64,000 bases of DNA, taken from contig JBHGNT010000015.1 of NCBI GenBank assembly GCA_043228905.1, positions 2,046,001 to 2,110,000 on the forward strand, given 5' to 3'. Numbering within the stretch: position 1 is the first letter of the stretch; each line of letters begins with the position of its first letter. The DNA comes from Azolla caroliniana. Taxonomy: Eukaryota > Plantae > Polypodiophyta. Shown here piece by piece: positions 47,933 to 61,100 of this stretch. Made by a program: the position numbers and the translations under genes. The notes beneath the pieces were generated by a model. The model saw only the letters and a program-made list of their open reading frames with translations. It made no database searches and had not been told where the DNA came from.

Positions 47933-50900
47933 ATGGAAGGCGGCGGTAGTGGGCCTCCGGGCATGATGGTGTTGAACTCACAGAACTACGCCGACTGGAA
48001 GATAAAGATGGAAGACCTTCTCATCGTCCGAGACCTGTACGAACCGATCGACAATGCCGAGATACCCAAGGGAGTAATAGAGTCGGAGTGGAAGCTCCTG
48101 AACCGGAAAGCCGTAGCGACGATTCGGCAATATGTCGATGTAAGCGTCCTACAACATGTGGCGAACGACACCAACGCATATGAGATGTGGAAGAAGCTGT
48201 CGGGCCTCTACGAGAGGAAGAATGCGTTGAACCGGACCTCCCTGATGAGGAAGATAGTGAACCTCAAGTACCGGGACGGCGAGAATATGGTGGAACACGT
48301 AAGCACGTTCATGGGATTCGTGAACCAGCTTGCGGCGATCAAGTTCCCGCTGGAGGATGCAATGCAAGCCATCATTCTGATGTGTACATTGCCGGAAAGC
48401 TGGGAGAACTTGGTGGTGACTCTCAGCACCTCCTGCACCGAAGATAACTTGTCCCTACAAACGGTAAAGACAAGTATTTTGAACGAAGAAGCGCGTCGGA
48501 GAGATAAAGAACCGGTTTCCGATCCGAAGATGCTGCTTACCGAATCGGATCGGGGAAGACAATGGAACCGGAGTCCGCAAAGACGGGAGAAGTCGGGGAC
48601 CCGGTCGCAGTCAAGAGGAAGGCCCACATGCTTCCACTGTGGGAAGCCGGGGCACTTCCGGAAGAATTGTCGGCATTACCGAAAGGACAACGGAGCCGAC
48701 GACACCGATTCGAAGAAGTCACCGGAGAGAAACGGTGCATACTGGGGAGCCACGGACCGGAGAGGTCCGGATCGGCGAGGGCAGGACCGGAAAGGAACGA
48801 CGGCACTCGCGGCAAGTGAAGAAGAGATAATGCTCATTACCGAAGAGAGGGAGCTGAACCTTGCCGGTGTAGAGATGACCTGGGTGGTCGATTCCGGAGC
48901 GTCGTTCCACCTGACCCCGGAGAAGAAATACTTCTCATCCTACACAACCGGTGAGCACGGCTGTGTCCGGATGGGAAATGAAGGCACATGCCGGATTGCC
49001 GGCATAGGAGACGTGTGGCTGATGACATCAACCGGATGCAAGATGCTGCTGAAGGATGTGCGACACGTTCCGGAGGTCCGATTGAACCTGATCTCGGCCG
49101 GGAGGCTAGATGATGAAGGCTACACGGGTAGCATCCGGAACGGTGTCATGAAGTTCAGCAAGGGGAGCCTGATAGTGGCTCGGGCCCGGAAGGTCAACAC
49201 ACTGTACCTGATGAATTCCCGGCTATGTTCGGAGGAGCTGAACGTGGCAGCCGACACTGCCGGTGAGCTGTGGCACAAGAGACTGTGCCACATGAGTGAG
49301 AAGGGGATGAAGAGGTTTGCAGAAGACAACCTTATTCCAGTGAAGCATGTGCACCTGGAGAAGTGCACCGACTGCCTGGCCGGTAAGCAAAACCGGACCT
49401 CCTTCCACTCAAGGCCACCGACGAGACGTAGCGCACCATTGGAGCTGGTACACACTGACGTGTGTCAAGTAGAAACGAAGTCACATGGCGGAGCCCAGTA
49501 CTTCGTGACATTCATTGATGACCACAACCGGAAGCTGTGGACGGCACCGTTGAAGACAAAGGACCAAGTGTTGTGCGTCTTCAAAGAACTTCACGCGAGA
49601 GTGGAAAGGGAATCCGGCAAGAAGCTGAAAGCGATACGAGCGGATAACGGAGGGGAATACCGGGGGCAGTTCCAGGAGTACTGTCGCTCGAAGGGAATCC
49701 GGCTCGAGTTTACTGTGCCGAAGACGCCGGAACTGAACGGGCTGGCCGAGAGGATGAACCGGACCATAATGGAGAGGGTCCGGAGTATGCTGGCGCATGC
49801 GAAATTACCCAAGGGATTTTGGGCTGAGGCAATGTCGACGGCGACGTATGTGATAAATAGATCACCCTCAGTACCTTTGGACGGAGACACGCCGCAGAAA
49901 GTGTGGACCGGTAAGGAAGTGTCCTACCGGCATCTGAAGGTGTTCGGGTGTCTCGCATACGTGCATGTGGCAAAGGACCGGAGAGGAAAGTTAGATCCAA
50001 AGACCCGGCCATGCATATTCCTCGGTTACGGCGACGACGAGTTCGGCTACCGAGTATGGGACCCGGTCGACAAGAAGATATTCAGGAGTCGAGATATCAT
50101 CTTCATGGAGGACAAGACACTCGCCGACTGGGAGTCGAAGAAGAAGATGAAGAGCTCCAAGTCGACCGGTGAGAATCAACTCTACGAAGAGCAGTCCCGA
50201 CCGGCAAGGGACCGGTTAGCACTCGAGAATCCGGCCGAAGACGGTGAAGAAACAGAACCGGCCGAGGAAGATGAAACTGATACCGGAACCGGCCCTGATC
50301 CCGAAATGGATTCGGATGAAGAGGAAACGGAGCAGCCGGTTACCGAAGCTCCGGAACGGAGATACCCTCTAAGAGAGAGAAGGGCCCCCCGGAGATTTCC
50401 GGAACCAGAGCACGTGCTGCTAACCGACGAGGGGGAGCCGGAGAGTATTGAAGAAGCAAAGCTTGACACCCATAGCCGTAGGTGGGTAAGTGCCATGCAG
50501 GAGGAGATGGATTCCCTGCATGAGAACCACACATATGAACTTGTGGAGTTGCCGAAAGGAAAGCGGGCACTTCGAAACAAGTGGGTGTTCAAGCTGAAAC
50601 CGGGAGATGCCGGAAACCCCCTGAGATACAAAGGCAGGATCGTGGTGAAGGGGTTCCAGCAGAAGAAGGGCGTCGACTTCGACGAGATATTTGCCCCGGT
50701 AGTGAAGATGACCTCCATCCGGACGGTGCTGAGCATAGCGGCAAGCATGGACCTCGAGGTAGAACAGATGGACGTGAAGACAGCATTCCTTCACGGTGAC
50801 CTCGAAGAAGAGATCTACATGCAGCAACCGGAAGGATTCGAGAAGAAAGGGAAGGAGCACCTGGTATGCCGGTTGAAGAAGAGCCTTTACGGACTGAAGC

Positions 50901-52006
50901 AGGCTCCCCGGCAATGGTACCGGAAGTTCGACTCCTTCATGACCGACGAAGGGTACCACAAAACGCAGTCCGATCACTGCGTGTTTGTGAAGAAGTTCGA
51001 AGGAGGAGACTCTCTAATACTCCTCCTGTACGTGGACGACATGTTGATCGTCGGACGGGACCAGGGCAAGATACGGATGCTGAAGAAAGCACTTCACCGA
51101 ACCTTCTCAATGAAGGACCTGGGTCCGGCGAGGCAAATACTAGGGATGCACATCATCCGAGACCGGAAGAAGAAGCAGTTGTGGCTGTCACAGGAGAAGT
51201 ACGTAACAAAGGTGCTTCACCGGTTCAACATGTCGGAAGCAAGACCGGTCGGATCAACTCTCCCGGCAAACTGCAAGTTGTCCAGCAAGCAAAGCCCCAA
51301 GACAAAGGCTGAGAAAGAGGACATGATGAAAGTACCATATGCCTCTGCCATCGGAAGCTTGATGTACGCAATGGTGTGTACAAGACCGGACATAGGATAC
51401 GCAGTCGGAGTGGTGAGCCGGTACATGAGCAATCCCGGCAAGGAGCACTGGAACGCGGTCAAGTGGATACTCCGATACCTGAAGGGCACGGCAAACGTGT
51501 GCCTCCGATTCGGCTCCGGTAAGCCCGAACTCGACGGCTTTACCGATTCGGATATGTCGGCTGATGCAGATACCAGCCGGTCCACATCAGGGTATGTGAT
51601 GACGTGTGCAGGGGGAGCTGTTTCGTGGCAGTCGAGGCTGCAGAAGACGGTTGCGTTGTCAACCACGGAGGCGGAGTACATGGCGGCTGTTGAAGCCGGC
51701 AAGGAAATGATATGGATGAAGGACTTCATTAGAGAGCTCGGTATCCGGCAGGAGGAGTACCGACTCTACTGCGACAGTCAGAGTGCCATCCACCTTGCGA
51801 AGAACGCGGCCTATCACTCCCGGACGAAGCACATCCAGCAAAGATATCACTGGATCCGGGAAAGGATAGAAGACCAGGAGTTCGTGCTGACGAAGATCCA
51901 CACGGACGAGAACGGCTCAGATATGCTGACCAAAGTGCTCACACCCGACAAGCTGGAAGCATGCCGGAAGAGGATCGGATTGGAGAGACATCCCATGCCG
52001 AAGTGA
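47933..52006 (+). CDS. gag-pol: Copia Gag-Pol polyprotein, 1357 aa
   Basis: CFHCGKPGHFRKNC, WVVDSGAS, HKRLCH..CTDC, HTDV..FIDD..RADNGGEY..E, LYVDDML and DSD..STTEAEY are all in one frame. Confidence 0.97.
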   Translation: MEGGGSGPPGMMVLNSQNYADWKIKMEDLLIVRDLYEPIDNAEIPKGVIESEWKLLNRKAVATIRQYVDVSVLQHVANDTNAYEMWKKLSGLYERKNALNRTSLMRKIVNLKYRDGENMVEHVSTFMGFVNQLAAIKFPLEDAMQAIILMCTLPESWENLVVTLSTSCTEDNLSLQTVKTSILNEEARRRDKEPVSDPKMLLTESDRGRQWNRSPQRREKSGTRSQSRGRPTCFHCGKPGHFRKNCRHYRKDNGADDTDSKKSPERNGAYWGATDRRGPDRRGQDRKGTTALAASEEEIMLITEERELNLAGVEMTWVVDSGASFHLTPEKKYFSSYTTGEHGCVRMGNEGTCRIAGIGDVWLMTSTGCKMLLKDVRHVPEVRLNLISAGRLDDEGYTGSIRNGVMKFSKGSLIVARARKVNTLYLMNSRLCSEELNVAADTAGELWHKRLCHMSEKGMKRFAEDNLIPVKHVHLEKCTDCLAGKQNRTSFHSRPPTRRSAPLELVHTDVCQVETKSHGGAQYFVTFIDDHNRKLWTAPLKTKDQVLCVFKELHARVERESGKKLKAIRADNGGEYRGQFQEYCRSKGIRLEFTVPKTPELNGLAERMNRTIMERVRSMLAHAKLPKGFWAEAMSTATYVINRSPSVPLDGDTPQKVWTGKEVSYRHLKVFGCLAYVHVAKDRRGKLDPKTRPCIFLGYGDDEFGYRVWDPVDKKIFRSRDIIFMEDKTLADWESKKKMKSSKSTGENQLYEEQSRPARDRLALENPAEDGEETEPAEEDETDTGTGPDPEMDSDEEETEQPVTEAPERRYPLRERRAPRRFPEPEHVLLTDEGEPESIEEAKLDTHSRRWVSAMQEEMDSLHENHTYELVELPKGKRALRNKWVFKLKPGDAGNPLRYKGRIVVKGFQQKKGVDFDEIFAPVVKMTSIRTVLSIAASMDLEVEQMDVKTAFLHGDLEEEIYMQQPEGFEKKGKEHLVCRLKKSLYGLKQAPRQWYRKFDSFMTDEGYHKTQSDHCVFVKKFEGGDSLILLLYVDDMLIVGRDQGKIRMLKKALHRTFSMKDLGPARQILGMHIIRDRKKKQLWLSQEKYVTKVLHRFNMSEARPVGSTLPANCKLSSKQSPKTKAEKEDMMKVPYASAIGSLMYAMVCTRPDIGYAVGVVSRYMSNPGKEHWNAVKWILRYLKGTANVCLRFGSGKPELDGFTDSDMSADADTSRSTSGYVMTCAGGAVSWQSRLQKTVALSTTEAEYMAAVEAGKEMIWMKDFIRELGIRQEEYRLYCDSQSAIHLAKNAAYHSRTKHIQQRYHWIRERIEDQEFVLTKIHTDENGSDMLTKVLTPDKLEACRKRIGLERHPMPK

Positions 52007-52378
52007 AGGGGGAGTTTGTTGGGATTTCGGTCCCTCCGAATGGGATGTCCGGAGATGAATGACGGCAAGCCCGGTTGCGGTTACGGAGCCGGATGATAAA
52101 GACCCCGGCTACGGAGCCGGATGATGAAGACCCCGGCTACGGAGCCGGATGATGAATACCCCGGCTACGGAGCCGGATGCTGAAGACCCCGGTTACGGAG
52201 CCGGATGACGAATGTACCCGGAGAGAGATCCGGATGCGGGGACATATTTGTGAATATGTTTTGCCAAGAGCCCTTGAGGCTATATTTGTAAATAGCCCGA
52301 AAGTCATATGTGTATAAATATGACTTAGGGCAAACAGTTTAGTTGTTGTTGCTCATTTTTTATGCGAAGTGAGAGCAG

Positions 52379-52418
<40 letters not shown>

Positions 52419-55400
52419 GAGGTCGTTGCCTCTGTGTATTACCGCCGCCTGTGGCGAAGACAGTGAGCTCAAGGTTGTTGCCTTGTAGCTTCACCAGTGT
52501 ACATCCCTGTTCATAGTGATAGTTGGAGTTTGAGGACTCCCGTGGTTTTTCCCATTTAGGTTTTTCACGAAAAATATCCAGTGTACCTTTCTCTCTATTG
52601 TCCTCGTGCACTTTGTAGTTCCCGTTTTCTGTGAGTTGATCCTATTCCTCGGTTGTGGCCGAGCACTGTTTTGCAACACAACGACCGCACTCAAGATCGG
52701 CCAGATTCTAAGGTCCGCCCGAAGTCCTTCTCCGGCTTGCCTTCTGAGGATGTCTTAGCCTGGTTGGACCACTTTGAGATGATCTCTAGTTACCATCGAT
52801 GGTCTGACGAGCGCAAAGCTTTGGAAGTTCATACCCTACTCGAAAATGTCGCCGCCACCTGGTACGTCCAACAATCAAGCGACGCAACAGAGAACTAGGT
52901 GATCCTCCGGGATCTCCTCGTGCAAAACTTTGCCCATCAAAATTCGGCCCAAACGGCGTTACAACAACTCAAAACGTTGCAGCAATAAGCACACGAACCC
53001 GTGGGCCAATTTGGTGTTCGCCTCAATCAACTCCTCGTTCGTGCCGACCCTACCATGCCCGAGCATGTGAAGCTTTTCTTCTTATGGCCCCGTTTGCACC
53101 ATGACAACACTCCCGCGCTCGGGACCAAGGTCCCAAGACATTCAATGACGTCATCCTCATTGCCCAACACATTGAAGCTTGTACGTTATCTGACTCCCAA
53201 CCACGTTGACCCCATCCATCATCGACCGACTTACGTGCCCAATACCAAGGTGCGGCCCCCATGGACATTGTGTCCAAAATATGCAACTACAGGCTCACCG
53301 CAACCTTCCCAATCGCGATGGCCAAGGGCACCCGAAGTGTTTCTATTGCAACAATTATAGACGCGTTTGATGTCACTGCCAAAAATTGCAACAATCGTCT
53401 CACAAGCAACAAGTCCAGATAACTATGGCTGACGCGGCATTGTTAGCTGAGCTTCAAGGAAACTGACTTCGTGGGTGTTGAAGGAAGAGCCAACCCTCCA
53501 CATCCAAATGTCTGTCTCTTCCAGTTCGCAGGTATGCACTGCTCTCGCCACCATTAATCACTGCACCCACACCATCTTGTTAGACTCTAGTAGTAGTATC
53601 TCTTCCATTAGCACTGCCTTAGTTCACCAATTAGGTCTCCCCACATCCACCACTCCTTCCATCCAAGTCCTTTTTGGCGATCACCAACATCTTTACCACT
53701 CTCGCATGCAAGCCAACTGCACCTTCACCTTAGACACTCTCACCTTCTCACACCACTTTTATGTCTTGCCCCACCAACTCTTCCCCCTCACCTTAGGCTG
53801 TGTTCCTCAAGCGTCGCGATGTGATTGATTTCGATGCCCATAAACTTCTTGTCCCACATGTTCCCCCTATCCCCCTTCTACATGATAGCTCCCTTGTCCC
53901 CCGCCTTAGCCAAGTCCATATGGGCCTTAGTCCACATGAGCGATTGGTCTCCATCAGCCAATTATTAGCTCGTTTTCCGTCACTAACCCTCCAACCCATG
54001 CATGCTCCTACTGTCTCTTTCCCGGTACAACATGCCATTCGTACCGGGGATCCCCCCCTCGACCACGATCGCATCGATGCTGCCGTCATTGACATGCTCA
54101 CCAAAGGTATTATCATTCCTTCCGCCAACGATTGGGTTTCGGAACCCCACCTAGTCAAGAAGGATGATGGCACCTTCCGCTTTTGCATCGACTTCAAGCC
54201 TCTCAATGAAGTGACTATCCATGACCTCTAGCTGCTCCCTCGTGTGGACGACCTCTTGGATCAAATCGGTGGCTCCCATTATTTCCCCTCCCTGGACTTA
54301 GCCTCAAGATATTGGTAGATCCCCCTAAAGCCTTCTGACGGCCACAAGACCATATTCCGCACACGCCATGGGCTATTCCAATTCACGTGCATGCCGTTCG
54401 GTCTGTCGGATGCCAGCAACACATTCCAACGCATGGCAAAATCCATCTTTGCCACCCTTATCAACAAAGGTGTCCTCCTCGTTTATCTCGATGAAATCCT
54501 TATCAACACGACCACTTGGGAGGAACATCTACAAACTCTCGCTGGAGTCCTCGCTTGCATAACTAAGCATAAATTGCAACTCCAATGGAAGAAGTGTCGA
54601 TGGGGAAGCATCAACCTTCGTTTTCTCCGCTTCATCATCTCTAGCGACAGAATCCGTATGGACCCTGCAAAGGTGGCAGCCATCACCGACTACCCCCGCC
54701 CCACTTTAATAAAATCATTGCAACATTTTTTGGGCATGATCACCTTTTCTTTTCACTTCATCCCGAACCTCGCCTTGGTCACTTTTCCCCTTCGCCAACT
54801 CTTGAAGAAAGGTGTGCCATTCATTTGGGATCTTGCTTGCGAAGATAGCTTTCGTCGCCTCAAAACCATGGTCCAAGAATCAAGATTGCTCGCCCATCCT
54901 AACTTTAACCAACCATTCATGTTGCAGACAGACGCATCAAACCATGGGTTAGGAGCCGTCCTCTTGCAAGCTGATTACCACGGGCAAGAAAAGGCGGTCG
55001 CCTTCATTAGCCGAACTCTCACGTCGGCTGAACGCAACTACTCAACCACCGAGAAGGAGCTACTTGCGATCGCCTGGTCTTTCCAACATCTTCACCCATA
55101 CCTTCATGGTGGATAGGTTACGGTTGAGACTGACCACCAACCCTTGCTTTCTCTTATCCATCGACCTCACCCCCTAGGCCGCTTGTTGCGATGGACGCTG
55201 GCACTCCAAGATTATCAGTTTACCCTCTTCTATCAGAAAGGTGCAACCAATTTGGTCGTTGATAGTCTCTCTCACGCTGACTTCCAAACTGTTCAATTTC
55301 TCCCTAAGACATCTGATCTTCCGCTACCATTGGCACAACTCGCTACACTTCAGCAACACAACTATGTCATCCAAGAGATAACCCATCAGTTATGCTCCCT

Positions 55401-56952
55401 CCAAGCGTTTCCCTCACAACGGCGGTGCATGCTCTGCGATAACTTGGTGTTCTTCATTCAAGCGCATCACGAGCCTCGTCTCTACATCCCTCATGCCCTA
55501 CAACAAACGTATCTCCAATTTTATCACCACCACCCATTGTCGGGCCATCTGGGTTTCCACAAGGTTCTCGAAAAATTACACCTCAACATGCGACACTCTA
55601 TCTCTACCTACATCAAACAATGTGCTTTGTGTCAACACATCAAACCTGCGGGCAAGCCTTTTCCTGAAACCTTGAGGGACAACAGGTATATCCTGGTCAT
55701 AACAGAATTCCTCACCAAGTGGGGTTGAAACTGTTGCCATCCCCGACGTCTCTGTGCCAACAATTGCCTCCCAACTCTTGCAGAAGGTAATTTTTCAGCA
55801 TGGTTGCCCTGTCCAACTCTTATCTGATCAGGGGCTACCAAATCCATGGGGATGTCCTCAATGTTGTGGCAACTCAACCAGGTGTCCAACAAGTGTTTAC
55901 ATCCTCGTACCATCCGCAAACAAATGGCCTCACCGAACGCCTCATTAAGACCCTCAAGTAGGAGATTGCCACTTACATCGATCAACCTGAGATCAAATCT
56001 TGCTTTTTGTCACCCACACCTACAATACATCCGTACAGCCATCAACAAGGATCAACCCTTTTCGAGCACTCTATGGGCGCGACCCTCGGCTCCCACCAGA
56101 ATCGTCCATTGACATCCATTCCAAACCTGCCAACATAGATAGTGCCACTTGGGGGCTCTATCTCCAACAAATGCTCCCCCTCCTTCAACAAGCCAGCTCC
56201 TGAAATCTACAAGTCGCACAACAACATCAAAAGCGGCACTACGACGTAGGTCGAATTACCCCAACTTATGCTGATGGAACCAAAGTCCTTGTTTACTTCC
56301 TGGTTTGGCGGCGTGGTCTCAGCGAATCCCTCAGCACCGATGGATCGACCTGTTCACCGTAGTTTGCGCCATAAAATCCACTACTTACTTGCTCTGATGT
56401 GATTCGAACGACCGATTCACCTCTGCCCATGTTGCCCATATCAAGCCCTATACTACCCCAAGCCTATCTTCTAGCACCCCTCCTTTCCCCATGTCATAAA
56501 ACTCCATGTTTTTCTCAGGGGGGAAATGTGGGGTCCCTTTCATGCGAGTGCATGCCTTATAGCACACCCTTTTAGCACACCACCCCTTTTAGGCCACCCT
56601 TTTGGGACGCATGTAGCTAGGCCATCCCAAAATGGGTACCTTTATATCTTCTATAAATTGAACGATAAGTAAGAAGCTAGGCAAGCTAGTTTGGTTTCCT
56701 TTTGTGTGCATTTCACAATATATATGTATATGTATATGTATATTATGTCATGTACACATACACATAGAGCACACACATGAATCTATCAATTTTCATTTCT
56801 TGGGGATTGCATATCTAGTTATTTCACTCTTCACATGACATTAGTGTGAGGGTCACTTCATTTTTTGTGTGTTATTTTTTATGTCATTGTTCAAGAAAAA
56901 CAAGCTCATACTTATCAATTTGGTTGACCCTTATCCTTCCGTCGCTCATATG

Positions 56953-57113
56953 TGTCATAGAGATGACAACAGTCAAGTCAAGTTTCGAACTTTTCACCTC
57001 TTGTATATAGTCAAATGTTTTGTTCCTACCAACACATCCAAATATAATAGTCATGTTATGCATATCTTAGTATATTATCTATTCCAATTCTAGGAGTTTT
57101 TAGAAGCTTCTAC
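56953..57113 (+). repeat. LTR 5' fragment homologous to 7878-8075
   Basis: TGTCA..ATGACAAC..GTCAAG..ACCTCTT.TATATAGTCAA..CCAACAC.TCCAAATAT shared. Confidence 0.75.
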
Positions 57114-57723
57114 ATGAAAATGGGTCTATGCATGGACAATATGTGTGATATGATGTGGTTGTATGCAAAAGAACCTGTTGCAAGATGACTAGAAGATTGA
57201 TATCAGTTAGTCCGTTTTAGCAACCTCGAAAGCATGTGTGATCTGTCCAGCTCTGGAAAACTGTGACTATGGTAACATTATGGGTATTATGGAAATGTAG
57301 ATGTCGTCGACTTTATGATGCAGTATGTCTTGGTCCTTCAGTTGTACTGGTTGAGATATGGGAAACACGACTGACAGTAGTCCATGGGTAGTATGATAAT
57401 ATGTATGGTTCTCCAGAAAATGTTCATAAGAGAAGGACAAAGCTTCTTCACTTATGGAGGAAGTTGCCCCTCTTTGTAGTGTCAGATAAGAACCTCAATG
57501 GAGCTATCAACTTCCATGGACCCTTTAGACTTGAATATCAGTACATCATGGTAATGTACCGTATCAAGGTTCAACACCCCTTTATAAGTTGTTTTTGTAT
57601 GTACCAGTTTTGGTGCACATACAATGTCTTTTATTCTACATTGTAAGCCTTTGGGTAGATAACTTCAACTTGTAGTCTCCAAACATTTTTTAATACTATT
57701 GAAGAAAATCTTTCAAAGAAAAA

Positions 57724-57829
57724 TTGCTATTGTAGTGTAGTACTATATAATTGTTATCCGATAGAGTTTTGCACCCATTTCCGGATAAATGACTATGTAG
57801 ACAATGGATTATAGAGCAATGAACATAGA
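57724..57829 (-). repeat. Right copy of the ~105-bp inverted repeat
   Basis: Reverse complement of 46300-46405. Confidence 0.85.
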
Positions 57830-58119
57830 ACACAGATTATGACAAACTGTTTCAATCATGTAGAGATCATAAAAACATGATCTATGTTATCATCACAATG
57901 GATGGTTCTATCTACCTAGAGATAGTTATAAAAACACTATTGGGTGAATTGTCACACCCATTCCAAAGGTGGTTATGAAAATATAATAATAATATATGAA
58001 AATACAATAAATACTAATAAGGTTCCACTCTAGCCCTTAACAATAGCTTGCATGGAAGAGCTCCATCACATTATGTGTGTGCTAGAGATGAAAGGAAGTG
58101 GAAGAATATGAAACTACCA

Positions 58120-61100
58120 CCAACAAGATGATATCCCAGTTCTCTACCCACCAAAAAGCTTCATCTAACCAAATTTAGAAGTTGGAAATGTAAAACAATG
58201 TCTCCTTGTAAAAACATGGTATATTAGGGTTACATCTACAAAACGTCAGAAAACATGCTAGATTTGTTGGACAATAACAAGGGACTACTTGTATGATGTA
58301 TTTCTAGCATCATATATGCATGATCATGTGCTCCCATATGTACAGGATGTGAAAATGCCTAACAAAGTATGTGAGAACCTCAAGAAGATCTTTGCCGTAA
58401 ACTCAATCACTCGCAAACTTCAACTCCAACAAGAGTTGAATGACATTCAACAAAAAGACGTGTCCTTCAAAGACTATGAAGAGATGAAGATATCCCTCAA
58501 AACAGTTCAATCTATTGAAGACCACTATCCTTCCAAAAGAAAATTCTTCTTCATTCATTCTTGTTGGTAAAGGTAAATCATGTTGGTACGAAGAACATGG
58601 ACTCCAAATAGCCAAATTTTGTACATATGAACAACAAACATGGTGGAGGACAATACAATGGTGTAGAAAGATATGAACACAAAACATAGATTCCCAACCC
58701 AGAAATGAAAGTAGTATGTAAGAGGAAGCTTTAGAAGAAATGGATTTTCATTGGCAGAGAAACCTACCAAAACAAACAGGATGATTAGTATTGTAATAAT
58801 CTCCACCACATTGAGACAAATTACTACAACAAAAAGAATGCTTGAGTAGATTTTCTCAAGAAAACAATGATGCGACCAATAGTGGAAATTTCATGAACTA
58901 CTCTAGGAACTTCTACCATGACAATTATGGTAGAATTTTCTTGATGTGTCGTTAAGGCAAACCATGCTAGAGTGGCCTTGATGACATAATACAATGCCAA
59001 CAGAACCTTTAGTGAGAATACCGAATAAGAAACTTTTAAGTTGACTCCTTCAAAGTTATACAAATAATTATAGTTGATGACACCATGTACTAGATTCACA
59101 ATATTAGAGATCTCATTTGTCAACAACAAAAAACAAATGCATCAAGTTTTCCTTGTATGTTTCTACTATCACAATCAAACTTTGCGCTAGCTGGAAAAAG
59201 AGTGGATGTTCATCCATGATGACAACATAGTCACATTTGTAATGTTTGCCAAAGGACCAAAAGACACATTTAACATTGAAATATGGCATAAATGGATAAA
59301 CCATATCAACTTACAAAAGTTGTAGATGCAAATATGAGGAGTTGTAAGCATACTCTAAAACTTCAAGTGAAATGGGAGGGTAGCAACATATGGGAAGCAT
59401 GACAATTTGTGAAGAAACACTCATCCATTTCCAAAGGATTGGAACATGGGTAGGGAACTCCTAGACTTCATGCATTTGGATGTATGGGAAACCACACAAA
59501 CCTCACGACTTAGCGGATGTAGGTACTACACTACCTTTATTGACAACAATTCTCAATATACATGTGTTTGTTCAACATGCAAAGAGTGAAATGTTTTCTT
59601 ACTTTGAAAGTAAAAAAGTATTGGGAGAAGGGGCCAAGCTTGAAAATTTGATGTCTTTGGTCTAACAATAGTAGAGAGTATCACTCTAATGAATTCATGA
59701 CATACCCCCAACAAGCAAGAGTATGGTAGAAATTCTCACATCTATACATGTTGCAACAAAATAAATTATTGGAGCAAAAGAACCATCATATCACAAAAGT
59801 GGCCTACAGAAAGTTCAATGAAAAGAATATTGAGCAAAAGTAGGGGTCACAAGGTGCCCATCATGAATTGGCTCTTAATTGTAGTAATACAAGTTGTGAC
59901 CACCCATGAGCACTTTTATGAAGGAGTTGAACTTCTTACATTACCAAGTGTTTAAGTGCATTGCATATTTGCAAGTCCCAATAAAATACAAATCTAACTT
60001 GATCCTTTTGTGGGCGACTTAATTCAATTTGATCAAAAAGGGTGTTTCAACCCTTCTACCCATAGTTTTATTGTGAGTTGCATTATTGTGTTTGATGAAT
60101 TAATATTGTGATGCTCTAAAGTTTGCCACATTGATAATGCCCTAGCGTGTCACCACCACCAACATCAATATCTAGCTAAGTCGAGCACCACATACCTCGT
60201 TGACAACCCAACTTAGATCCCGATGAGCGTTACATATGAACCTCAAAGCCTTGATCATAACACATCATCGCACAACACGATCATAACCCATATTGACAAA
60301 GCCCAACGTTAAAGTAAGTTCACGAATAAAGATACCTACTAGAGCTCTCACAAAGAAGAAGCATGCTTCATCAAGTTGACAAGCTTATTTCCATCAATTA
60401 ATAATGAGTATAGTGTACCTATCACGAGGCTACCTGACATGAAGAAAGGCTTACGAGATGCACAAGAGTGACCATGACACTCCACGTATGAGAAAAATTT
60501 AGTTGCATGGTTTGGATACAATAACTATACAACACAAGATTACACCTTCATGATGAATGATAATTCATCCCCATAGTTGTAAAATACTTAGGGTACAATA
60601 TGCATAGAATACGTATGCTAAGTATTCTACATTTTCTAAAAAATACTTAAAATACGTATGCACAGATAAAATACATAGAATACATGTTGAGTATTTTAAA
60701 TACTTCTTAAAATTTAAAGTTTTTTGACATTGTTTTGGAACATAGAATGCATGTAGAATGCTTTAGCGTATTCTAAAAAGTATTTAGAAAACATAAATTC
60801 TTGGGCAAAAGCAATGAATGAAGGATGCAAGCTCTTTGATGATTAGACATGGGTTCTCATTCCATCTCTACCACACAAGAAGGTCATAATTTTCGATGAC
60901 TTGACAATGTAAAGTAAATTCCAACAATTTTTTCGATCATTACAAAGTTTGGCTCATTGCACAATGGTATGCATAAACACATCACATCAATTATTATGAA
61001 AGCTTTCCTCATGTGTATGTTCAACTATTGTTCATTGCGGTGAACAGGTGATATCTCTAATGAAAACTTGAGGAAGAGGTTGACAACTAACAACCACTTG

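Larger units (their letters stand above)
47206..52678 (+). mobile_element. Intact young Ty1/Copia (Tnt1/Tork-like)
   Basis: LTRs 47206-47901 and 52017-52678. TSD CAACG. Met PBS at 47905-47916. PPT GAAGGGGGAG. Single uninterrupted polyprotein ORF. Confidence 0.97.
46741..56717 (+). mobile_element. Degenerate short-LTR Ty3/Gypsy (LTRs 46741-46973 and 56527-56717) in a (TA)n tract, interrupted by a Copia
   Basis: TGTGG..TCACA LTR pair. PBS-like TAGTGGAGAAGCGGGGTA (tRNA-Ala type). gag PKSFSG..WLDHFE, PR LLDS, RT MPFGL..VYLDE, RH LQTDAS, INT SDQG. PPT GGGGGGAAA. Confidence 0.9.
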
